64,000 nt of DNA from Candidatus Binataceae bacterium (GCA_035541875.1 DATKML010000025.1:149-64148); one strand, 5' to 3'. Positions 9,006-19,387 are shown, counted from the first letter of the stretch. The notes: generated by a model from the letters alone, not told the origin. Numbers and translations: made by a program.

Positions 9006-9596
9006 ATGGAAAAGTTCAAGAATTTCAAAGGCTTAGTGGCACCGCTCGATCGGCCCAACGTCGATACCGATCAGATTATCCCGAAGCAGTTCCTCAAGGC
9101 GATCGTGCGCAGCGGACTCGGCGCGGGCCTGTTCTACGATTGGCGCAATCAGCCCGACAGCCAGTTCGTGCTCGAAGAGCCGCGCTTCAAGACTGCGAAT
9201 ATCCTCGTCTCACGGGCGAATTTCGGCTGCGGATCGTCCCGCGAACATGCTGTATGGGCGCTCGCCGATTTCGGCTTCCGGGCGGTTATCGCGCCGACCT
9301 TCGCCGATATTTTCCGCAACAACTGCCTCAAGAACGGCTTGCTCACGATTATCCTGAAGCCGGAAGAGGTCGATGCGATCTTCAACGCGATCAAGGAGCA
9401 CGAAGGCTATTCGCTGAACGTCGACCTCGAAGGGCAGAAGGTCAGCGACGATTACGGATGGTCGGCGCACTTCGATGTCGCCGAATTTCCGAAGAAGTGT
9501 CTGCTCGAAGGACTCGACGATATCGCGCTCACGCTGATCCACGAAAAAGAGATCGCTGCCTACGAAGCGGCGCATCCCGCAACCACCCAAGGGTAG
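9006..9596 (+). CDS. leuD: 3-isopropylmalate dehydratase small subunit
   Basis: NVDTDQIIPKQFL, NFGCGSSREHAVWAL, GLDDIALTL; follows leuC. Confidence 0.97.
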   Translation: MEKFKNFKGLVAPLDRPNVDTDQIIPKQFLKAIVRSGLGAGLFYDWRNQPDSQFVLEEPRFKTANILVSRANFGCGSSREHAVWALADFGFRAVIAPTFADIFRNNCLKNGLLTIILKPEEVDAIFNAIKEHEGYSLNVDLEGQKVSDDYGWSAHFDVAEFPKKCLLEGLDDIALTLIHEKEIAAYEAAHPATTQG

Positions 9597-9667
9597 TTAT
9601 CACGGCGTCCCAGCCACGAATTATCGCTAATGATTCTAAGCGCCTGTCTCTCCAGGGAGGCGCTACC

Positions 9668-10663
9668 ATCAAGAGCTTTCTCGTCCTGACCGTCGAGCCG
9701 ACTCATGAGCGGATGCGGCTCGATCAGTACCTCGCGGCCGCTTTGGCGCCCGAGTACTCGCGTTCGCAAGTCTCCCGGATGATCAAGGCGGGTCTCGTCA
9801 CGATCAATAGTGAGACGCCCCGAGCTTCCGCGGGACTCCATCCGGGGGATCGTATCGAGATTGCGGCACCGCCGCAGGCGGCACTAGTAGAGGCTCCGAC
9901 GGTTGCGCCGCCGATCGAGGTTCTCTACGACGACGCTGAACTGATAGTCGTAAACAAAACGGCCGGGATGACGGTCCATCAGGCTCCAGGCCATCCGGAT
10001 TCAACTTTGGTCGATGCGCTTCTCGCGTGCTTCCCCGAACTCGCCCAGATGGTCGAGCCGGACGGCGTGATGCGCCCGGGTATCGTGCATCGGCTCGACA
10101 AGGATACGTCGGGTGTGCTGGTCGTGGCGCGAACGCCCTACGCTCGCACGGCACTATCGAAGCAATTCAAGGATCGGACAGTAAGCAAGCTTTACGTCGC
10201 CATCGTATGCGGAGTTATCGGCCGCGATGATATCACGATCGCACGAGCCTTGGGGCGTCATCCGACGGAACGCAAGAAAATGTCAGTGAAGTCGCGGAAT
10301 CCGCGCGAGGCAGTCAGTCATGTAACCGTGCTCCATCGTTTCGAGGATTCCACCTTGGTGGGAGTTCGGCCGGAGACCGGCCGGACCCATCAGATACGTG
10401 TGCATCTCGCGTCGATCGGCCACGGCTGCGCCGGCGACACGCTCTATGGCAGCGGCAAGGTTAGCGGCGCGTCGCAGATGGAGCGGCAGGCGCTTCATGC
10501 CTATGCGCTGGAAGTGGATCAGCCGCGAACCGGTGAGAGGTTGCGCTTCCAGGCGCTACTAGCCGACGATATGGCGGCATTTCTGGCGGATCGAGGGATG
10601 GACGCAGCTAGCGCTGTGATCGAGCGGTGGATCGCACAGACAGTTGGGGAATCCAGTGACTAG
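9668..10663 (+). CDS. rluD: RluA/RluD family pseudouridine synthase with S4 domain; start uncertain (ATC 9668 or ATG 9713)
   Basis: RLDQYL, SRSQV, VNKTAGMTVH, PGIVHRLDKDTSG, ETGRTHQIRVH, RQALHA. Confidence 0.9.
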   Translation: MKSFLVLTVEPTHERMRLDQYLAAALAPEYSRSQVSRMIKAGLVTINSETPRASAGLHPGDRIEIAAPPQAALVEAPTVAPPIEVLYDDAELIVVNKTAGMTVHQAPGHPDSTLVDALLACFPELAQMVEPDGVMRPGIVHRLDKDTSGVLVVARTPYARTALSKQFKDRTVSKLYVAIVCGVIGRDDITIARALGRHPTERKKMSVKSRNPREAVSHVTVLHRFEDSTLVGVRPETGRTHQIRVHLASIGHGCAGDTLYGSGKVSGASQMERQALHAYALEVDQPRTGERLRFQALLADDMAAFLADRGMDAASAVIERWIAQTVGESSD

Positions 10664-10676
10664 CAGAATCCCCGCG

Positions 10677-10705
10677 TTGACAGAGCTATTCTGCTGCTAT
10701 AGCGT
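10677..10705 (+). promoter_or_regulatory. Putative sigma-70 promoter for rho
   Basis: TTGACA-17 nt-TAGCGT. Confidence 0.5.
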
Positions 10706-10960
10706 GTTAGTCCAACTCCCGCACCAACGTGCGCTGGAACATTTTTGATTCCATCCGTCTCCCGACGCCCTAGCAATTGTCACACTAACCCGGCGTCGTC
10801 GCTAACCAAAAAGGGTCGGCCGATAGAGGAAGCTGAGAGCGGATGTACGAATAGTCCGGTCACCGTGTGAAGGCGCCCACCTGAGATTGGCGCCGAGATA
10901 AAGATCACGGATCGACCGCAAGAATCAGTGGAGCGGAATCAGGTTGCGGGGAAGGTGATT

Positions 10961-12658
10961 ATGGTCAAGGCTCGAGGACCACAGAGAAGCGAATCCGAAG
11001 AAGTAGCAGCAGAAGAATCTGCGCAGGCGACCGAATCCTCGGCGCCGGCTGCTGCACCGTCTGCCATCCCGACCGCGATAGTGCGGCCGCGGGCCCCGCG
11101 ACATCATCCTGCACCCGCTGCCGATACCAACGGATCGGCTGCCGAGGCGGCGCCCGAAGCGTCGGCCAACGGCAGTGCCGCCACTCCGACGGAGGGCCGC
11201 CGCGAGCATCGTGAACCACGCGACCATCGTGAACACCGTGAACATCGCGAACCAAGGGAGCATCGCGAACATGCCCCTCGGCGAGAGTCGCGTCGCGATG
11301 ATGGCGGTGGATCGCCGCGCGAACCTGAGCAGTATCGAAGCCAGCCGCAACCGTTTGCGGGTGAGCGTCGAGGTGGCGCACCGGTAGCTATAATCGACGA
11401 AAACGGAGCTCTAAACCTCAAGGCGCTCAAGGGTGCCAAGATCACGGAACTCGCCAATATCGCGCGCGACTTCAATATCGAAGGCGCGACGAACATGCGC
11501 AAGCAGGATATGACCCTTGCTATCCTGCAGGCCCAGGCTCAGCGCAATGCGTCGATTTTCGGCGAAGGTGTGCTCGAAATTCTGCCCGATGGCTTCGGTT
11601 TCCTGCGCGCCCCGGACTACAACTATCTGCCTGGTCCTGACGACATCTATATCTCACCCAGCCAGATTCGTAAGTTCGGTCTGCGCACGGGCGATATCGT
11701 TTCGGGTCTGATTCGCCCGCCTAAAGAGGGTGAACGCTACTTTGCGCTTCTCAAGGTTGAATCGATTAACTATGAGTCGCCCGAAAAGGCCCGCGACAAG
11801 ATTCTCTTCGATAACCTGACGCCCCTCTATCCTGAGGAGCGGCTCAAGCTCGAGTACGATCACGAGGACTACACCACTCGGATTATCGACCTCGTCGCCC
11901 CGATCGGTAAAGGGCAGCGCGGTCTGATCGTCGCAGCACCGTTTACCGGCAAGACGATGATGATGCAGGCGATCGCCAAGGCTATCGCCCGGAACCATCC
12001 TGAGGTCGTCCTTATCGTGCTGCTGGTCGATGAGCGGCCCGAAGAAGTCACCGACATGCTGCGCTCGGTACAGGGTGAGGTCGTCAGCTCCACTTTCGAC
12101 GAACCCCCGACCCGCCACGTGCAAGTAGCCGAGATGGTCATCGAAAAGGCGCGGCGCCTCGTTGAGCATGGCCGCGACGTGGTGATTCTGCTCGATTCGA
12201 TTACCCGTCTGGCGCGCGCTTACAACACCGTCGTTCCGCCTTCGGGCAAGATTCTTTCGGGTGGGGTTGATTCGAATGCGCTCCACAAGCCAAAGAAGTT
12301 CTTCGGTGCGGCCCGGAACACCGAAGATGGCGGCAGCCTGACGATTATCGCGACAGCGCTGGTCGATACCGGAAGCCGCATGGATGAGGTAATCTTTGAA
12401 GAGTTCAAAGGCACTGGTAACCAACAGATCGCGCTAGACCGGCGGCTGCTCGAAAAGCGCATCTTCCCGACGATCGATATTCAGCGGTCCTCAACCCGTA
12501 AGGAAGAGTTGCTGTTGCCGCGCAGCACCCTGAATCGCATCTGGATTTTGCGCAAGCTGTTGTCGCAGCTTAACGCAGTCGAGGCGATGGAATTCCTGCT
12601 CGATAAGATGCAGGGAACCAAGACGAACGAAGAGTTCCTTGAGTCGATGAACGCGTAG
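10961..12658 (+). CDS. rho: Transcription termination factor Rho with a long N-terminal extension
   Basis: [47 protein letters not shown]; ATG 10961 after GAAGGTG (GTG 10928 is the alternative). Confidence 0.97.
   Translation: MVKARGPQRSESEEVAAEESAQATESSAPAAAPSAIPTAIVRPRAPRHHPAPAADTNGSAAEAAPEASANGSAATPTEGRREHREPRDHREHREHREPREHREHAPRRESRRDDGGGSPREPEQYRSQPQPFAGERRGGAPVAIIDENGALNLKALKGAKITELANIARDFNIEGATNMRKQDMTLAILQAQAQRNASIFGEGVLEILPDGFGFLRAPDYNYLPGPDDIYISPSQIRKFGLRTGDIVSGLIRPPKEGERYFALLKVESINYESPEKARDKILFDNLTPLYPEERLKLEYDHEDYTTRIIDLVAPIGKGQRGLIVAAPFTGKTMMMQAIAKAIARNHPEVVLIVLLVDERPEEVTDMLRSVQGEVVSSTFDEPPTRHVQVAEMVIEKARRLVEHGRDVVILLDSITRLARAYNTVVPPSGKILSGGVDSNALHKPKKFFGAARNTEDGGSLTIIATALVDTGSRMDEVIFEEFKGTGNQQIALDRRLLEKRIFPTIDIQRSSTRKEELLLPRSTLNRIWILRKLLSQLNAVEAMEFLLDKMQGTKTNEEFLESMNA
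11201..11272 (+). repeat. Coding 9-nt tandem repeat x8 (REH/REP/RDH) in Rho N-terminus
   Basis: cgcgagcat cgtgaacca cgcgaccat cgtgaacac cgtgaacat cgcgaacca agggagcat cgcgaacat. Confidence 0.85.
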
Positions 12659-12806
12659 AGTGGCCGTTTGCACCAATCTACGGTGTTTGAAACGCAGCAG
12701 TATTTGAGCTATTAGGGCTGGTTCGGTAACGATTTACTGATCGAGTAGCGGTTTAAAGGATCGATAGCATCCCGCAAGAGCGGTTAGAGAGGTTTTGAGA
12801 GCGCTT

Positions 12807-13574
12807 ATGACGGAAATCAGCATGAAGCAGCTGTTGGAGGCCGGGGTTCATTTCGGCCATCAGACGAGCCGCTGGAATCCCAAGATGAAGCCTTACATCT
12901 TCGGCGCTCGCAACGGGATTTACATCATCGACTTGCAGCAGACGGTTAAGATGTTCCGCGACGTCTATGACTTCGTGCGGGATCTTGCTGCCGATGGCGG
13001 CACGCTGTTGATGGTCGGCACCAAGAAGCAGGCTCAGGATATCGTGCGCGAAGAGGCTGAGCGCTGCGGTATGTACTACGTGAACAACCGTTGGCTCGGA
13101 GGGATGCTGACCAACTTCCAGACGATCCGCGCTTCGATCGAAAAGCTGAAAAAGCTCGAAGAGGTGATGGCGGATCCCGAGATGATCCAGGCGCTCACGA
13201 AGAAAGAGATGAGCGATAATGCCAAGGACCATGGGAAGCTCATGGAAAACCTAGGCGGGATCAAGAATATGCGCAAGCTTCCCGATGCGCTGTGGGTTAT
13301 CGATACGAAGAAAGAGGAGATCGCGGTGGCTGAGGCGAATCGCCTTGGTATTCCGGTTATCGCCGTCGTCGACACCAACTGCGATCCTGACCTGATCTCG
13401 TATCGGATTCCGGGCAATGACGACGCTATCCGCGCGATCAAGCTGTTCACCGCTGCTGTGGCCGATGCGATACTTGAAGGCAAGCAGATTGCGGAAGAGC
13501 GCTCCAAGGGGCGTGACGATATCTCGGCGGCCGACATGGGTGCGGCACCGGAAGCACCTGGCGCACAAGCCTGA
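12807..13574 (+). CDS. rpsB: 30S ribosomal protein S2
   Basis: [46 protein letters not shown]. Confidence 0.98.
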   Translation: MTEISMKQLLEAGVHFGHQTSRWNPKMKPYIFGARNGIYIIDLQQTVKMFRDVYDFVRDLAADGGTLLMVGTKKQAQDIVREEAERCGMYYVNNRWLGGMLTNFQTIRASIEKLKKLEEVMADPEMIQALTKKEMSDNAKDHGKLMENLGGIKNMRKLPDALWVIDTKKEEIAVAEANRLGIPVIAVVDTNCDPDLISYRIPGNDDAIRAIKLFTAAVADAILEGKQIAEERSKGRDDISAADMGAAPEAPGAQA

Positions 13575-13612
13575 ACTTTCGATAACCTTCCACAGCAAAG
13601 CAGAACTATAAA

Positions 13613-13637
13613 CGCGCCGCTCACTGCGAGCGGCGCG
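13613..13637 (+). other. GC-rich hairpin between rpsB and tsf (possible attenuator or stability element)
   Basis: CGCGCCGCTC-ACTGC-GAGCGGCGCG, weak U-tail. Confidence 0.45.
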
Positions 13638-13657
13638 AAATTTAATCAGGACGACCA

Positions 13658-14272
13658 ATGGCGGACTTAAGCGCAAACCTTGTTAAAGACCTACGGGAGA
13701 AGACCGGCGCCGGTGTGATGGATTGCAAGAAGGCGCTGGCCGAGAGCAACGGTGACCTTGAGAAGGCTGCCGTGTGGCTGCGCGAAAAAGGCATCGCCGC
13801 AGCGGCCAAGCGCGCCGGACGCGTTGCCTCCGAAGGATCGGTTGGCGCGTACATCCATGCGGGCGGTAAGCTCGGCGTGCTGGTCGAAATCAACTGCGAG
13901 AGCGATTTCGTAGCCAAGACCCCCGAGTTCCAATCGTTGGTGAAAGAGATCGGGATGCAGATTGCGGCTCAGAATCCGCGCTGCGTCCGTCGCGAGGAGC
14001 TGGACCCAGCCGTCATCGAGCAGGAGCGCCAGATCTACGCTTCACAATCGGCGGACAAACCCGCGCAGGTCATTAATAAGATCGTCGATGGCAAGCTCGA
14101 GAAGTTCTACAAAGATGTCGTGCTCAACGAGCAGGCTTGGGTCCGCGACCCGAATCGCACGATCAACGATCTGGTGGGTGAGTACGTCGGCAAGCTGGGC
14201 GAGAAGATCGAAATTCGCCGCTTCGTCCGCTTTCAGTTGGGCGAAAATCGCGAAACGCCGGCCGCGTCCTAA
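13658..14272 (+). CDS. tsf: Elongation factor Ts (short form)
   Basis: LREKTGAGVMDCKKAL, EINCESDFVA, RRFVRFQLGE. Confidence 0.98.
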   Translation: MADLSANLVKDLREKTGAGVMDCKKALAESNGDLEKAAVWLREKGIAAAAKRAGRVASEGSVGAYIHAGGKLGVLVEINCESDFVAKTPEFQSLVKEIGMQIAAQNPRCVRREELDPAVIEQERQIYASQSADKPAQVINKIVDGKLEKFYKDVVLNEQAWVRDPNRTINDLVGEYVGKLGEKIEIRRFVRFQLGENRETPAAS

Positions 14273-14355
14273 GCGACTGGATCAGCCGCGACTGAGACTG
14301 GTGTCCGCGCGACGAAACGCGGAAGATTGCGGCAGGCCTCAAACCAACGGATACG

Positions 14356-15120
14356 GTGATGGCGGCTGAAGGTAGTCCTCGATATCGCAGAGTGCTGCTG
14401 AAATTGTCGGGAGAAGCTCTCGCACCCGATAGGGGCGCGGGAATCAATCTCGACGAAGTCAGCCGAATAGCCCTCGAAATCAAAGAAATCGCTCACTTGG
14501 GTATCCAGCTCATGATGGTGATCGGAGCTGGGAATATACTGCGTGGGAGTGAGTACGAAGCACGCGGGATGGATCGGTCGACGGCCGACCAGATGGGTAT
14601 GCTGGCCACCGTTATCAATGCGCTCGCTCTGCAAAACGCGCTCGAACAGTGCGGCGTCGATACGCGGGTGCTTTCCGGTGTTGCGATTCAGGCGGTGTGC
14701 GAGCCATATATCCGGCGACGCGCCGTGCGTCATCTGGAGAAAGGCCGCGCTGTCATCTTTGCCGGCGGCACTGGTAATCCCTTTTTCACTACCGATACGG
14801 CAGCGAGTCTTCGTGCTCTGGAGATGGGGGCCGAAGTTCTCCTCAAGGCGAGCCATTCTATCGATGGCGTATACGATCGCGATCCGATGCGCGACCCGAA
14901 TGCTGTGCGTTTCGATCGTTTGAGCTACGTCGAGGTGCAGCAGCGCGATCTGAAGGTGATGGATTCGACGGCTATCTCGATGTGCAAGGACAACGGGATG
15001 CCGATTATCGTCTTTAATTTGAGTCAGCCGGGGAATATAAAAAGAGCCATAATGGGCGAGCCGATCGGAACCTGGGTCGGACCCGAGGTTGCGGAGAGCG
15101 CGGCAAAGGCGACGGTCTGA
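14356..15120 (+). CDS. pyrH: UMP kinase
   Basis: [36 protein letters not shown]. Confidence 0.98.
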   Translation: MMAAEGSPRYRRVLLKLSGEALAPDRGAGINLDEVSRIALEIKEIAHLGIQLMMVIGAGNILRGSEYEARGMDRSTADQMGMLATVINALALQNALEQCGVDTRVLSGVAIQAVCEPYIRRRAVRHLEKGRAVIFAGGTGNPFFTTDTAASLRALEMGAEVLLKASHSIDGVYDRDPMRDPNAVRFDRLSYVEVQQRDLKVMDSTAISMCKDNGMPIIVFNLSQPGNIKRAIMGEPIGTWVGPEVAESAAKATV

Positions 15121-15161
15121 CCGAGGGCGATTACGAGCGTCGCGATGGGCGGTAACTGGTC

Positions 15162-15719
15162 ATGAGTGCAGAGGTGGTCGAACTTGCGCGTACCGAAATG
15201 GACGCCACGGTAGCAGCATTCCGGCATGAGTTGAGCCGGGTTCGTACCGGTCGAGCTTCGACCGCGTTGCTCGAAAATCTCTACGTTAATTACTACGGCA
15301 CCAAGACGCCGCTGCGACAGCTGGCCGGATTGGCGGCGCCGGAAGCGCGACTGCTGGTCATTACCCCGTATGACAAGGGCGCAATGGCCGAAATCGAAAA
15401 GGCTATCCAGACGTCGGACCTCGGCCTGAACCCGATGAACGACGGCAAGGTTATCCGTATCCCGATTCCCGAGCTGAACGAGGAGCGCCGCAAGGAACTG
15501 GTTCGGCATATCCGCAAGACCGCTGAAGATTTTCGCGTCGGAGTGCGGAACCATCGCCGGGACGCCAATGAGATGCTGAAAGACCTTAACAAGGAAAAGC
15601 AGATCACCGACGATGAACTGCGTGCGTCGGAGGCGAAAGTGCAGCAGCTTACGACCGACCACGTCGAAAAGATCGACAAGATGCTTGCCGCCAAAGAAGC
15701 TGAGATAATGGAAGTCTGA
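15162..15719 (+). CDS. frr: Ribosome recycling factor
   Basis: RVRTGRAS, LGLNPMNDG, PELNEERRKEL. Confidence 0.98.
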   Translation: MSAEVVELARTEMDATVAAFRHELSRVRTGRASTALLENLYVNYYGTKTPLRQLAGLAAPEARLLVITPYDKGAMAEIEKAIQTSDLGLNPMNDGKVIRIPIPELNEERRKELVRHIRKTAEDFRVGVRNHRRDANEMLKDLNKEKQITDDELRASEAKVQQLTTDHVEKIDKMLAAKEAEIMEV

Positions 15720-15761
15720 AGCGACCATCTCGGAGCGGACGGCAGTAATCTTTCAAGCGCA

Positions 15762-16550
15762 GTGGCATCGACGTTACCCCTTCAAGAATTTCCCGAACTC
15801 TCGCTCGATATGGCGCGGATACCGCGCCACGTTGCGATCGTGATGGATGGCAACGGACGTTGGGCCACCCGACGCGGACTCAATCGCCATGAAGGCCATC
15901 GCCGTGGGAAAGATTCGGTGCGCGCGGTGGTCGAAGCCTCGCTCGAGATCGGAATCCCGTATCTGACCCTCTTCGTCTTCTCGAACGAAAATTGGCAGCG
16001 ACCTACGACCGAAGTCCGCTTCCTGATGCAGCTGTTCCATCGGTTTCTGATCACCGAGGGCAAACGGCTGATGAAGCGCGGCATTCGGATCATCACCGTC
16101 GGCGACCGCAGCCGCTTGCCGGAACGGGTTCAGGACGCGCTTGCGCAGCTGGTCGAACAGACCAAGGACAACACCGCGATGACGGTGATCCTGGCGCTCT
16201 CGTACGGCGGCCGGCAGGATATCGTTGCGGCCGCGCGCCGTATCGCGGAGGCTGCGGCGGCTGGTACGTTGCGTCCCGACCAGGTTGATGAAGCGTTGAT
16301 CGAACGCGAGTTGATGACCGCAGGCGTGCCCGATCCCGATCTGTTGATCCGGACGTCCGGCGAACTGCGTATCTCAAATTTCTTCCTCTATCAGCTGGCC
16401 TATACTGAACTCTATTTCACCGAAACCTTGTGGCCCGAGTTTCGGGAGCGCGATCTGCTAAAAGCGATCGCGGCCTACCAATCTCGCGAGCGCCGTTTCG
16501 GAACGGTCGACAGCGCCCTTAACGGCCTGCGTGCTGCAAACCAGGCTTAA
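15762..16550 (+). CDS. uppS: Undecaprenyl diphosphate synthase
   Basis: HVAIVMDGNGRWA, FSNENWQRP, DLLIRTSGELRISNF. Confidence 0.97.
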   Translation: MASTLPLQEFPELSLDMARIPRHVAIVMDGNGRWATRRGLNRHEGHRRGKDSVRAVVEASLEIGIPYLTLFVFSNENWQRPTTEVRFLMQLFHRFLITEGKRLMKRGIRIITVGDRSRLPERVQDALAQLVEQTKDNTAMTVILALSYGGRQDIVAAARRIAEAAAAGTLRPDQVDEALIERELMTAGVPDPDLLIRTSGELRISNFFLYQLAYTELYFTETLWPEFRERDLLKAIAAYQSRERRFGTVDSALNGLRAANQA

Positions 16551-17322
16551 AACCGCTGCCATCCTGCTACCGGCGGTCCTCGCGATCATCCTGTTCGCGC
16601 CCGCCACTGCCTTCACCGCGTTCATTGCCATCGTTACCCTTTGGGGTCTCTACGAGACCGCCGAGATGGTCGATTCTGCCGAGCGTCCTTGGATCTGGAT
16701 CGCGCTGCTGGGCATCTGGTCGGTCAGGCGACTTGCTATCAGCGGCGCGGTTTGGTGGCCGTGGTTGGCGATCGTCGCGGGCTCAGCCTCCTATGAGTTA
16801 TTCAGCGTGGGCCGGGAGGGAGCTGAAGAAGGCCGCTTTGTCGGCTGGTCGCTAACCTATCCGTTTTGGGTTGCGGTGCTATTTCCGTACTTCGCGCTGC
16901 TGCGAAATGGTCAAAATGGGATCGCTGCCCTGATTCTCGTGCTGTTATTGGTAGTAGCGAGCGATAGCGGTGCCTATTTCACCGGACGATCGCTCGGACG
17001 GATCAAGTTGCTGCCTAAAGTGAGTCCAAACAAAACCGTCGAAGGTGCTATAGGCGGTTTGCTCGCGACAGTGCTTGGTGGCTTGTTACTCCGTAATTGG
17101 CTGGTTCCTGAATTGTCGGCGGGGCAGATCGTGGTTTTGGGTATCGCAACGGCGACCCTCGCGCAGGTTGGCGATCTCGTTAACTCCGCTTTCAAACGTA
17201 TCGCACGGGTGAAGGATTCCGGCTGGATCTTCCCCGGCCATGGCGGCCTGCTGGACCGCACATGCAGCCTAGTCTTTCCCGTTACGTTTGCCTATTATTA
17301 CCTACGGCTAGTGAAGGTTTGA
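16531..17322 (+). CDS. cdsA: Phosphatidate cytidylyltransferase
   Basis: SDSGAYFTG, PKVSPNKTVEG, KDSGWIFPGHGGLLDR. Confidence 0.95.
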   Translation: MLQTRLKTAAILLPAVLAIILFAPATAFTAFIAIVTLWGLYETAEMVDSAERPWIWIALLGIWSVRRLAISGAVWWPWLAIVAGSASYELFSVGREGAEEGRFVGWSLTYPFWVAVLFPYFALLRNGQNGIAALILVLLLVVASDSGAYFTGRSLGRIKLLPKVSPNKTVEGAIGGLLATVLGGLLLRNWLVPELSAGQIVVLGIATATLAQVGDLVNSAFKRIARVKDSGWIFPGHGGLLDRTCSLVFPVTFAYYYLRLVKV

Positions 17323-17334
17323 GCTGCCTGCATA

Positions 17335-18678
17335 ATGATCACATCTATCGTCGCCGCTGTCGTAATTTTTTCGATCCTCATAGTCATTCACGAAGCCGGT
17401 CACTTTGCTGTAGCAAAGCGGATGGGCGTGCGGGTGTTGCGTTTCTCGTTGGGCTATCCGCCGCGCGTATGGGGTTTCCGACACGGCGAGACGGATTACG
17501 CGATCGGCGCTACTCCGCTTGGTGGCTACGTCAGGATGCTAGGAGATGAGGTCTCGGCCGAGCCGAGCACCGAAACACTCCAGGGATACCTCGAAGAACT
17601 TCGTCTCGACGTGCTCGATGCGATCCAACGTTCTGGATGGTCGGCACGGATCGGCGAGACTGGTGACGCGGCGCTAAAGAAGTTCGCCGATCAGCCGGAA
17701 GCGGAGTTCGCGAAGCAGCTCGGCCGCCCGATCAAGAGCGATGAGCTAGTGCTGCTACGCGAGATCGCCCGGACGAGCGGCGTCAAAGTAGCAATCGAAT
17801 GGCTGGCGGAAAATCGTCCGGCGGCGCTGCTCGAAGAGTACAATCAGCGCGCCTTTCCCACTCAGCCTCTACGCAGCCGCTTCGCGATCGTCTTGGCTGG
17901 GCCTGCCGCTAATATTCTCTTCGCCCCGATCCTGATGACGTTGCTCTATATGGTCGGTGTGCCAGAGGTGCTGCCCATCCTGCGCCCTGTCGATAAGACT
18001 ACGCCAGCGTACGTGGCGGGGCTTCGCGAGGGCGATCGGGTTCTGGCGATCGATGGAACACCCGTAGACGCCTGGGAAGATTTTGCGCAGGCGGTTAAGA
18101 GTAGCGATGGCAAGGAGTTGAACTTCTCGGTCACGCGGCAGCAGGCCGGGGGCGTCACGCGCTTGAATATCGTGGTGAAGCCCAAAAAAGAGGTCACCGA
18201 TACGGGTTATGGGGACAAGGCTCCAAATTGGATAATTGGGGTAAGGCCCGGCCCTGGTGCGGAGATCACGAAACGTTACGGACCAGTTGCCGCCGTAGCC
18301 CACGGCGTTAGCGGGACCGTCCGGATGGCCGCGATGCTGGGAGTGGGCATCGCCAAGATAATCCAAGGCGCCACTCCAGTCCGTCAGGCGCTCGGCGGAC
18401 CGATCATGATCGCGCAAATGGCCGGCCGCGAGGTGCATCAAGGCTTCGCCGACGTTGTGATGTTCATGGTGTCGATCAGCCTGGAATTGGGTATCATCAA
18501 TCTGCTGCCGGTTCCGCTGCTTGACGGCGGACATCTGCTGTTTTTCATTATCGAAGGAATCAAGGGCGAACCGCTCAAACTGCGCCATCGCGAAATCGCG
18601 ATGCAGGTGGGGCTGTTCTTGCTTGTGATCCTGATGGCGTTTGTAATTCTCAATGACCTGTCTCGCCTTATCGGCTGA
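17335..18678 (+). CDS. rseP: RIP metalloprotease RseP (site-2 protease) with one PDZ domain and a large insertion
   Basis: IHEAGH, GGYVRM, AGP, NLLPVPLLDGG. Confidence 0.95.
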   Translation: MITSIVAAVVIFSILIVIHEAGHFAVAKRMGVRVLRFSLGYPPRVWGFRHGETDYAIGATPLGGYVRMLGDEVSAEPSTETLQGYLEELRLDVLDAIQRSGWSARIGETGDAALKKFADQPEAEFAKQLGRPIKSDELVLLREIARTSGVKVAIEWLAENRPAALLEEYNQRAFPTQPLRSRFAIVLAGPAANILFAPILMTLLYMVGVPEVLPILRPVDKTTPAYVAGLREGDRVLAIDGTPVDAWEDFAQAVKSSDGKELNFSVTRQQAGGVTRLNIVVKPKKEVTDTGYGDKAPNWIIGVRPGPGAEITKRYGPVAAVAHGVSGTVRMAAMLGVGIAKIIQGATPVRQALGGPIMIAQMAGREVHQGFADVVMFMVSISLELGIINLLPVPLLDGGHLLFFIIEGIKGEPLKLRHREIAMQVGLFLLVILMAFVILNDLSRLIG

Positions 18679-18712
18679 AAGTCTTAAGCAGACCGCTGCG
18701 ACGGTCGGACCC

Positions 18713-19387
18713 GTGCTCGGAATCGAAACGGGTGGCTCGATAGTAAGCCTGGGTGTAGTCAACCAGGGTCAGATAGCGGCAAGCTTCTCGCGCACGCTCC
18801 CTTCCCATTGCAGCGGACTGCCGGTCGCAATCGATGAGTGTCTCGAGGGGGCCGGATTCACCCTTCGGGATCTCACCGCAATCGCAGTTGGGATCGGACC
18901 TGGATCGTTCACGGGCCTGCGGGTAGGTCTCAGCTACGGCAAAGGGCTCGCGCGAGCACTGGGAATCCCGATCACCGGAGTTTCCTCGCTGGACGCTATT
19001 GTGATGGCTGCCCGAATCGAGCCTCGCGAGGGTACCGTATGCCCGGTAATCGATGCACGGCGGGGCGAGGTCTACGCGGCGCTTTACCGCTTCTCTGGCG
19101 ATGCGCTAGAAAAAAAGGTGAATGAGTTCGCGGCCTCGGCCGCCGAACTTGCCGGGATGATTGATGGCGACGTGGTCTTCACTGGTGATCCTATACAGGA
19201 GGAGGTGCAGCGACTGGCGGCTGCGCGCGGATGCCGCGCGGTTGCGATAGGTGCCGCGGAAATGTATCTCAGGGGGGGCGCTGTTGCAGGAATCGGCGCG
19301 GCAAGAATCGCGACGGGACTGGTAGCGAATACTGCAACACTGGAACCGCTCTACGTTCGTCCATCGGGAGCGGTTCGAGCAGATTAG
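18713..19387 (+). CDS. tsaB: tRNA t6A biogenesis protein TsaB
   Basis: LGIETG, GPGSFTGLRVG, IDARRGEVY, LEPLYVR; GTG 18713 chosen over ATG 18653. Confidence 0.92.
   Translation: MLGIETGGSIVSLGVVNQGQIAASFSRTLPSHCSGLPVAIDECLEGAGFTLRDLTAIAVGIGPGSFTGLRVGLSYGKGLARALGIPITGVSSLDAIVMAARIEPREGTVCPVIDARRGEVYAALYRFSGDALEKKVNEFAASAAELAGMIDGDVVFTGDPIQEEVQRLAAARGCRAVAIGAAEMYLRGGAVAGIGAARIATGLVANTATLEPLYVRPSGAVRAD

Noticed and set aside
9140-9667. N-terminal 176 codons of the 507-aa ORF
   Set aside because: Overlaps leuD in another frame and is not RluD-like; not a fusion
11201-11272. Short regular repeats as a possible CRISPR array
   Set aside because: 9-nt in-frame coding repeats with no spacers; no cas genes in the window
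12659-12806. S2 autoregulatory leader RNA upstream of rpsB
   Set aside because: Plausible by position, but I could not identify the conserved structure by eye; needs a covariance-model search
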